From Octopus vulgaris (taxonomy: Eukaryota), in NCBI GenBank assembly GCA_951406725.2, contig OX597820.1:51522001-51586000 (forward strand): a stretch of DNA of 64,000 nucleotides. The letters are read 5' to 3'. This document shows, piece after piece, positions 54,265 to 64,000 of this stretch; the first letter of the stretch is position 1, and each line of letters begins with the position of its first letter. The position numbers and the translations under genes were made by a program. The notes under the pieces were generated by a model that searched no databases, was not told where the DNA came from, and saw nothing but the letters and a program-made list of their open reading frames with translations.

Positions 54265-54965
54265 GTGGGGAGATGGCAGAATCGCTAGCAATCTAGGCAA
54301 AATAGCGTCGTTTTATCCGTCCCGACGTTCTGGGTTCAAATTACACAATGGTTAAATTTTCCTTTCGTCATTTCGGTTTTGATAAAATAAGTACTTGTTG
54401 AACAAGTGCTAATACTTGAATTCAACATTGAAATTTGTTAGGGCGGTGATTCTGCTAGCTGAATCTCTAACACGCCGTCCTTACGTTCTGAGTTCACATT
54501 CCGCCGAGGGTGATTTCGCCCTTTATTTTCCGGGGTCGATAAGATAAATACCTATTTCGTTACTACCCACAAGGGTCTAAACACAGAGCGGACAAACAAG
54601 GACAGAGAAACGGATTAAGTCGATTATATCATATCGACCCCAGTCGTTACTGGTACTTACTTAATCAACCCCGAAAGGATGAAAGGCAAAGTCGACCTTG
54701 GCGGAATTTGAACTCAGAATGTAACGGCAGACGAAATACCTATTTGTTTACTACTCACAAGAAGCTTTACCGACCCTGAAAGGATGAAAGGCAAAGTCGA
54801 CCTCGGCGGAATTTGAACTCAGAACGTAGTGGCCGACGAAATACCGCAAAGCATTTCACCTGGCGTGCTAACGCTTCTTCCAGCTCGCCGCATTTCGATA
54901 AGATAAATACCAGTAGACCACTGGCACCTCTCTTTAACTTACGGTCCTTGTAGCAAAATTTGAAT
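54265..54965. mobile_element. Cluster of SINE family A: plus-strand copies with a minus-strand partial dimer nested at 54553-54894
   Basis: 17-bp TSD tcgataagataaatacc at 54536-54552 and 54895-54911 flanks the antisense insert. Confidence 0.9.
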
Positions 54966-55272
54966 AAATTTATCTATGTGCGTGTGTGATGACTGGTACA
55001 TATCAACGTGTGCTCAACAGTTTGTTATAGTGCTGATTCTGTGTGTGATATCGAAAATGTGCATGCGACGCGTTCGTTGGTGAGTTGGCGAGATTTACAG
55101 ACATTTAAATCATTGTTGCTTGATAGAAATGTGGACAAGTATTTACCAAATCATAGATAATTGATACTCCTCAAATTTAATTCTGATATCCCAAAGAAAT
55201 AATGTATTCACCTCTCCATGACATATAGTCCACACAAGGAATACAATTCTATGAGCAAAAAAATCACTGATG

Positions 55273-56104
55273 TACGAGTTCTGCTCAAACTGTGTCCGGA
55301 TGGATGATATAGTAACGAAGTTTAGGCACGCACAGTGAAGCCACAGGCAAAGATTGACCTTAAACACTGTTATGCATGTGTACTAAGTTTTAACGTTTCA
55401 GCTCACCTCTGCTATTTACAGCAGCGCTTGGAATGAAGGTATGCAGTGTGTGATCGTCGCATTGATAATGACAAAGAGAGTTGTCATAGCGATACCTGCT
55501 CAGAGGCCTGCGCAAAATTACGGGAAATGTATGGAGGACTGTGTATGGGAAAATGTCGATATTGTTGAGCGTTCTAGGAGAAGAGCAACCAGCAGAATTG
55601 AGAAAAACGTCGCAGATGTGCGTGCAGCTGTGAGAGATATAGTCAAATCGCTATCCGTGAGTTAACAGAGGATTTGCAAGTAAGTTACGGTACAGGACAG
55701 TACATTAACACTGAAGGTATGGGACGCGTGCCTGCCAAGTTTGTGCTTTCGGGTGACCAAGAACATACTCGGGTTTCAATTGAACACGATCTACTTGATT
55801 GTATCGAAAACAATGAAACAATTGTGAAAACTTAACGTAGGTATCTGAGCAGAAAAACGCCAAGCTTTTGACAAAATTTGATGCAGATTCTCTACTCAAT
55901 TTTATCTATCAGGGTGAATGCGACGATTACACGCTACACACTTTCCTTCCAAGAACTGCTGTAAAGAAGGAAAGTGAGCAGGAACGTTAAAACTTAGTGC
56001 GTATCCACACTAGCGATAAATGTGTGTGTGAAGCGGCTTTACTTTGTTTGCTACATTTTTGTTACTTTAGAAAGAGTCTGGATACTTATTGATCGCACTA
56101 CTTA
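55273..56104 (+). mobile_element. Non-autonomous mariner derivative with ~270-bp long inverted termini
   Basis: Transposase N-terminal remnant (ENVD..ERSRR.ATSRIEKNVADVRAAV...; GMGRVPAKFV). 55833-56102 is the reverse complement of the element 5' end (actaagttttaacgtt / aacgttaaaacttagt). Confidence 0.85.
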
Positions 56105-56474
56105 TTTTTATTAAGACACCAACGTACGTTTACTAATGTATCTGTCATTGTCACAATGATTGCCACGAGATGCAGTGATTCACACACACACACACTCACA
56201 CACACACACACATATGTAGAGAAGCACTAACATATATGGTTTAAGGTTGTTTATGAGTATGTGTAGCATACATAAGCCCCAGTGTAGTATATCGGCTACG
56301 GCCTAGTGATTCCATTCAACAATAGCAAATTTATGGGATCGTAAGGAGCTGCGCTGATATGACGTAAAATTATTATAATTATAATTATAATAACAGTAAT
56401 TTATGACTGGGATCTATAAATATTTGAATGTATCGCTACGCGCGTAACCACAAAATGAGATTTTGCTGATCTTA

Positions 56475-56935
56475 GAGTGGCTGAGTAGAAAGAAGTTTGC
56501 TTCTCAACGACAAGATCCCGGAGTCAGTCCCATCGCGTGGCAACTTGGTAGAACGGTTTCTATTATAGTTTCTGGCCGCGCCGAACCATGTGAGTGAATT
56601 TTATAGACGGAAACTGAAAGAATTCTGTGGCATGTGTGTTTGTGTGTTTGTGTTTATGAGTGTGTGTGAATGTATGTTATTGTACCCCACCATTGCATGG
56701 CAACCGCTGTTGGTGTGCTTGCGCCCTCGTAAACTAGAGGTCCGGCAAAAGAGCCAGATAGAATAAGTACCATTCTTTAAAAAGTAAAAAAAATTAAAAT
56801 TTAAAAAAAAACGTAACGTGGTCGAGTAATTTGTCTAAACATTTTTCAAAGCGGTGCCCCGGTAACTGAAAGATGTATATATATAATTCTGTGCCACAAC
56901 ATGGCCATAGTGTTGCGAATGAAACCATTAAAATT
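56475..56935 (+). mobile_element. SINE family B, diverged full-length copy
   Basis: gagtggctgagtag...cccggagtcagtccca.cgcgtggca...gacggaaactgaaaga...(TG)n...cggcaaaagag..gatagaataagtac...caacatggcca. Confidence 0.8.
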
Positions 56936-57797
56936 ATTACAGGATATAATTTTAAAAAGCAGAGGAACATCTCCGTCCGTGTGTATGTGTGTGTGCGCGT
57001 AAGTGCGTGTTTCTTGTGTGTGTGGGTGTGTGTGTTTGTGTGTGTGTGTGTATGTGTGTGTGTATGTGTGTGTGTGTGTGTGTGTGTATTAGTGTGTGTG
57101 TGTGTATTACTGTATTTCGGGTGAATCATTCTAGAAATTGTTTTGAAACCTAATAAAATCTGTCATGTATAATTGCAATGAAACTTATAGAAAATTTGAA
57201 TATTTTCATTTTCTATTACAATGAAATTTATTGAATTTGATTTTTGAGCATGTTTTTGCCGCTCTTTTTCCTGTATATTCACTTTCTTTTCAAAAATTAT
57301 TTTTCTTTTTGTTTACCATTGAAAAATGTATTGTTGTCATTGGCATTTTATTTCAATAGATTTATAGAAGATTTTTAATATCTGCAATTCGTTTTGATAA
57401 CCAGGTGCATTTTCAACACGGATTTAATTCTCGCATATTCTTAGTTGCGCGAAATTAACCCCACCTCTTTCACCCTTTCCCGCTCCCTCTTTCTTTAACA
57501 ATCTCTCACTCTTTTTAACTCTCTCTGTCTCTCTCAAACACACAGACATACACACACGCACACACATACATGCATACACACATAAACACACGCATACACA
57601 CACACAGAGAGAAAGTGTTTGAGCCTTTGAATAGTGACCATTAGTGGGCACCGTTTTCAAGTTCTAGTATTAATATGCTTTTTTTATACTGAAACGATAA
57701 GTTACGTGGCCGTGAACAAACTAACGCTGGTTATCTGGTCGTGGTGGGAGAGGAAGAAGCACAAACATGTACACATGCATATATGCATAAAAACAAA

Positions 57798-57945
57798 AGG
57801 CTGCTTTCACTTTTACTCAAGAAAATCCACTCAACAGCTATTGGGCGGCCCAGACCCACCCGACGAAGTTGTTGGCCCGAAGTGCAGCGCAGTGGGACTG
57901 GACCCGGAACCTTGTGATCGGGAAGCAAAACTCTAATCACATATA
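57798..57945 (-). mobile_element. SINE family B head
   Basis: gcgcagtgggactggacccggaaccttgtgatcgggaagcaa matches 45548-45590. Confidence 0.75.
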
Positions 57946-58488
57946 AGCACACGCACACACAAACACACATACACACACACAAATAACATACACACATAAA
58001 CAGTCATAAGCACACACGTTATGGACCTATGCAGTACCTATGCAAACAAATATAATAACATTTTTATAGATTAGGGTAAGTTATGAAGTTTAATCATTTT
58101 CATCTCTTATTGAGATATATATATACGATGTTTCTACATGATATGACCAATCCTAGAAAAATATACAGCCAATCCGTATATATACACAGATGCTGAATCG
58201 TCGGAGGACTGGAAATACTACTTATTTAATTATAGAGATTTAATATTTTATTTAATATCAGCTTTCTCAGAACGGGGAATTCAGTTGACATGGTATCAAG
58301 GTATGGTATGTTATATGTAAACGTCCGTAACGGACAAAATGCTAAATTTAACTATTTCTCCGCACACTGAGTAAATATGGAACAAATAAATACATGCATA
58401 TATACTTACATATTATAAGTGTGTAAGTGTGTAAGTGTGTATACACACACACACATACATACATATGTATACATAAACACACACACAC

Positions 58489-58546
<58 letters not shown>

Positions 58547-59459
58547 GTATATATATATGCATGTATGTATATGAACTGAAGTTATAAACATATACTCACA
58601 AACATGAATAAATATTTACTAATTGTGATACTCATAAACAAATTCAGAAAAAAAACTTAAACTAGCAATTTATTACGATTTCACAAAAAATTATTATTTA
58701 CTCAAAAAAAAAACATCATTTGTTATATGATTTTTATAGCCTAAAACTATTTATTTACACATACTGGCCTAGACTTACTTTATAGCATTCGAATATATTT
58801 TCAGACAGCAAATTACATATGCACATATTATGTAGAAAAAAAATTGAAAGAAACATTTGATTTGAAAGAAATAAATATTTAAGAAACGATCAGCAGCAGC
58901 CGGTAAATTGCCTCACTTGTCAAAATTTATGCATATTCACCACTATATACATATAAATATATGCATAAATACACACGCACACCCACACACAAAAAAATCA
59001 CAACACATACACGCACGCGCATCTACAATCTTATATGTGTGTATGTGAGTCTGCATATACTCATATAAGAATATATGTATATAGTATATATACGAATATA
59101 TATGTAAAAATATGGATGTCTGTATATATATATATACAAGCATACGTACACACATACATACAAACATACATACATACGTACATACATCCATTCATACATA
59201 CACACATATATACTTGTCAGTATCCAGAGTGAACCAGAGACAGAGGTCTAACTGTATAGCTGTCTCTTTTTTTATTTTGAGTCATTTTTTTAATATATTT
59301 GTCAAATTCATAGCAGCCTAGGTATATACTCGTCTAAAAATAAATTTCATTTTACATAGCCACTCAAAATGCAGATGAATTTAGGAAATATGGAGAAAGA
59401 CTCAATTATAAGAAATAACTGAACGTTCGACAATATCTGCACTAAGCGTTTGATATACA

Positions 59460-59549
59460 CATATATTCACATATATACACACACATACACACACACACAC
59501 ATATATATGTGTGTATGTATATATATATATATATAGATAGATATGTATA

Positions 59550-59622
<73 letters not shown>

Positions 59623-59633
59623 GTATATATGTA

Positions 59634-59676
<43 letters not shown>

Positions 59677-59730
59677 TATATATTATATTCATATAATATA
59701 CATATAGATACATACATGGATATATAAACA

Positions 59731-59778
<48 letters not shown>

Positions 59779-59800
59779 TATATATGTGTGTGTGTATGTG
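59460..59800. repeat. (TA)n-rich compound microsatellite
   Basis: Direct reading. Confidence 0.95.
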
Positions 59801-60013
59801 TGTTTTTGTGGTTACTATATGATTTGCATATTGTCTTCAATTCAGGTGAATTACAAAATAGTTTTCATCAATTTTATAATTGATCCTTAGAAGTATTAGT
59901 GTAGTAGAAATCTCTGCATATTATAGTGACAGGTATGTAATTGTTTGCCGATTAAATTACGCCACAAACTACAATCCCACATACCCATGACGGTGCATAA
60001 ACGATACAATATA

Positions 60014-61304
60014 CGAGGGGCGTTTAATAAGTAATACCCCTGACCCACTTGCAATTGTTTGATCTAGCTAAAATTTTGTCTGTGCATTTATCTATATCTC
60101 TATAGATTAAGTGGTAAATTACAGCTCTGAACTAATTGTGGTTTCTGATTTACAGGTATTTGAACTGAGTCAAGTGGGAAATGGAGCCTGTTGAGTGTCG
60201 AGCAGTGATCTGGTTTTTGTATTTGAAAGGACACACACCACGGGGGACTTTTGATGAAATGAAAGTAACTTATGGTGATGATGCCCCATCATATGAACTT
60301 GTAAAACGCTGGCATCGTGAATTCAAACATGGTCTGAACTCTATGGAAACAGCTCCCAGATCTGGTCGCCCCCTTCTGCAATTGATAAGGCATCTGTCCG
60401 TCAAGTTGAGGTTGTCATTTTGGAAGATCGACGCATAACTATTCGCCAAATAGCGCATGAGGTCAAGATTAGCACCGGGTCTGTGGAAACTATCATTCAT
60501 GACCATTTGCATATGCAAAAGGTGTCTGCCAGATGGATTCTCAGGTTGCTCACACCTTTCCAGAAGCAAGAACGCGTCGATTCCTCGAGGATGAATTTAG
60601 AGATGTGCCAAGAAGATGAGTCAAAATTTTTCAAAAGACTGATTACACTAGATGAAACCTGGGTCCATCACTATGATCCAGAGACCAAAGCCCAGTCAAT
60701 GCAGTGGAAGCACCGTGACTCACCTCCTCTAAAGAAGGCAAGGGTACAGCCCTCCGCTGGCAAGGTCATGCTCACAGTCTTCTGGGACCAGGACGGAGTA
60801 ATGATGACAGATTTCCTGGCAAAGGGTGTCACAATTACAGCGGTCTATTATGCTTCACTTTTGAGGAAATTAAGAGAAGCTATCAAAATCAAGAGGCGGG
60901 GCAAGATCAGCAAAGTCATCCTCCTCCTGCAGGACAACGCTCCGATCCACAACTCGCGTGTCGCCAGATCAGAAGCACAGGCGTGCGGCTATGAACTCAT
61001 CCCCCATTCCCTTTACTCTCCTGACCTTGCACCCTCTCATTTTCACCTCTTCCCAGTCATGAAGTTGTTTTTGAAAGGAAAGCGTTTCCAGATGATGCAG
61101 CTTTGATTTCTGAAGTCACGTCGTGACTGGAGGACCAAGCTGGGGTCTTCTACAAAAACGGTCTTCAGAGTTGCATCAAACAATGGGAGAAATGCGTAAC
61201 TCTGGGTGGTTCCTATGTAGAAAAAGACTAATAACTGTGCCAAGTTTCGTTGCTCTACTGCTATGGGAAGTGGGTCAGGGGCATTACTTATTGAACGCCC
61301 CTCG
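60014..61304 (+). mobile_element. Full-length mariner transposon (1291 bp), 37-bp TIRs, TA TSD
   Basis: Left TIR cgaggggcgtttaataagtaatacccctgacccactt (60014-60050); right TIR 61268-61304 is its reverse complement with 2 mismatches; TA at 60012-13 and 61305-06. Confidence 0.97.
60181..61231 (+). pseudogene. mariner DD34D transposase pseudogene
   Basis: MEPVECRAVI.FLYLKG...RSGRP, frameshift ~60375, WILRLL, ITLDETW, LLQDNAPIH, YSPDLAPSH (third Asp replaced by His, 34-residue spacing), frameshift ~61088, internal TGA, ends CVTLGGSYVEKD*. Confidence 0.95.
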
Positions 61305-61649
61305 TAATATGGCGCACATATGCTTCAGTTGGACGTCGGCTATATTATGAGACATCGAATACATTTGAATGCGTTCGCTCAGCCGAATTTCAATACCGGT
61401 GATTGTTAATGTCTACCATTTTATTTTTTTTTTAAATAACCGAAGCAGTTATTAAATATTGTCGTTGAAGATATCCTTTAGAAGACTGCATATTCTGCTT
61501 AATTGCTTAGTATAACTTGAGGCTGTATGGTAACGACACTAGTACAATTTCGTTGACCGCAGAATGGAAATGCAATAATGGAGACTCATAAAATTCAAAC
61601 AAAAGCACTATGAGGATATGTTTTAATTAATTATATGATGAAGTCGATT

Positions 61650-61800
61650 AACTTAAAATACGTGCAGCGGAGCGATGGTTTCCAAATAAAAATAGGAAGT
61701 ACGGTATTTTCATTTGCATTGCTAATATAAAATGAATGTCTACGCCGTTACCAAAGAGCGGGTTGTCCATAATCATCAATAAAACAACCTCGATGTATCA
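61650..61800 (+). mobile_element. Possible old mariner N-terminal relic
   Basis: RAAERWF...KSG.P-like remnants only. Confidence 0.2.
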
Positions 61801-62644
61801 AGTGTAAGAGTAGTGAAGCATCTTTTAGATTATCGTGGTGACATCATGTCCAACAAGTACATGTAGTACATACAGTTCATAATGGTTTAGTGTGTGCATT
61901 TCGGCAATACAAGACAATTCCTAAGGGTATACATCGTAATGGTCATCACTACAAAGATTTTCTTTTTCCTAAAGTTTGGATCTGATAGGTATTATGATAG
62001 TGATGTTATTTCGTATGGCTAACTGCTGAAGGAAAGGTAAATTTAAATAGGGAAACTCCATTAAGAGGGAAAATATCTTAAAACTATAGTTCCTATAATT
62101 TAATTGTAGCTCAGGTTTTGAATACGGGTTATTTTGCATAAATTTAATCAGCTTTATTCGCATGTTGCAGCGAAAGCTGTATTACGCACATTCAAGTAGC
62201 TATTTCAGATTAAATTTGTATTGCCTTTCATTCAAATAAGGAATTGCAATAAGCACTCGGTTATATGAGAGCATTCTTGTACTCAGGTGAATTCTTAACG
62301 AAGCTTGAAGCATGACAGGAAATTATTTGTTTTCTTGCATTAAAATAATAAAAAATTGCATTTATAGCAGTTTAAATTTCCACGTAGGGTATGTAATTAA
62401 TAAGACTGATGAAATATATAATCAAAGACTACACTCTGTACATGGAATGCCTGATGTGATTTTGTCATTTGTTATGTCATTTTGTTGTTTCATTATGAAA
62501 TTGTGTAATCCTATTTGCCACCTCTTCCTATATATTTTCATGTCTGTGTGCCCGGTTTATGTATCTGTGCTTACATCATTGCCTGTTACGCACAGTTGTA
62601 TACATATATGTGCCTATTCGTATACTCTTATATAGATGTGAAAG

Positions 62645-62681
<37 letters not shown>

Positions 62682-64000
62682 GAAATCTGCTTAAGTGTAA
62701 GTGTAAGTGTGAGTGTATAAATCCAAGAAGATGCGACTATAGACGTATCTTAACGTGACTAATCTGTACACATATATATATATATATATGCAGGACTGTG
62801 TAAATGTGTGACTCTCTTAATATGTCTGTGTGAGTACGTAAAGGATGTATATCGATATTGATGACCGTATTTATGAGTGTATAAATACCATTAAAACACG
62901 CCCACTAGACCTAGGGAAGTGCAGTGCAAAATGCGAGACTACTCACACGGCGGTATCGTATCACTGGTCATTAATGGGCACCGTCTTAATGCATACCTAA
63001 ATATGTGTGCGAGTGCGTGTAATTGTGCCAGACCACGCGTATGTGTGTGTTTGTATATGCATGTGCATTTGTACGAGCACGTATACGTCCGCCAGGCCAC
63101 GTGTGTGCGGACGTTTGTACATCCATATCTACAGCGAATTTTACTAAATTACTGTTATATACTACTTCAATTTCAACAAGTCTTTCCTTCTGTATTTGGC
63201 ATTTAAGACGTCTTTAATGAAATTCTGCAGCCCGTATTGGTTTAGTATACTACTCTGTAAATGCAACAGGTACGTAGCCTTTGAATATTCAAATTTTGGG
63301 GTTCCCAAAATCTTAGGATGCGTCATCAAATCCATAACTTTTTAATGAATAGATATGCATTGCAAAGTATTTTTTTTTTTAAATGAATGATTTACAAGTA
63401 TGTGTAGCCTTCTTCAATAGTGCCTGTTCCTTCTCTGAATATTCATAAATAATAGCAGGGAAGTTCAAAACCCTCATATTCTATCTTTAATCAATTCATT
63501 TCATATTATTGTCCATATATTTAAACACTGGATCAGATAAAACCTGCCCCATAATTATGTATGATATAAAAGTACGTAATGACTAGATGTTGTACAACTA
63601 AATGAGAAATCAAACTGCGAAATTATCACAAAAGAGCTTTGAAATATATTCGAACAACATTTAAATAATTCAAATATTTCTGAAAGGAAGTTTACAGTCT
63701 AATATTTGACTATAAGTGGATTTTTATTCTGCTATAAACTAATAATAACCTCTCATGCCAGAATTGACGGGACTGGTCATTTCGTTTTCTCTGTGCAGTC
63801 CATTAAGCAGTGGATCGATATCCTACAGTCATTAGATAAGGCTGAGAAAATTAGCTTTAAACTTCACAGATTTAGACGCAAAAAACGTAGATGTGTGATG
63901 GAATTTTTGCTTCGTTAAATATATTTCTTTTTTATGATGTACAAAGACTGAAGTGACTTCACAGGTTAGGAAAAAATTTTGCTTTTCTCAAAGGTAATCT

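Overview
Eukaryotic, very AT-rich, microsatellite-saturated non-coding DNA. The SINE families and repeat landscape resemble an octopus (coleoid cephalopod) genome; this is inferred from recognising the repeats, not from a database search. I found no credible host protein-coding exon, and most ORFs in the track are microsatellite artefacts. The window is a transposon graveyard: one near-complete 1.29-kb mariner with intact TIRs and TA TSD but a dead transposase (60014-61304), two copies of a rearranged long-TIR mariner derivative (~19.9-20.5 kb, ~55.3-56.1 kb), Tc1 and piggyBac relics, Penelope-like RT/GIY-YIG pieces, two HERO-like RLE LINE relics, several CR1-like relics, a 5'-truncated L1/Tx1 LINE joined to a full-length tRNA-Gly(GCC) copy inside (CTAT)n, and many tRNA-type SINEs. 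The most unusual signals are in RNA structure. There are several hammerhead-ribozyme (HHR) cores, including an apparently non-circularly permuted HHR at 53215-53278, a minimal type I HHR downstream of the Penelope RT (29592-29636), and a ~240-bp spacerless palindrome carrying two divergent HHR-like cores (4551-4790).
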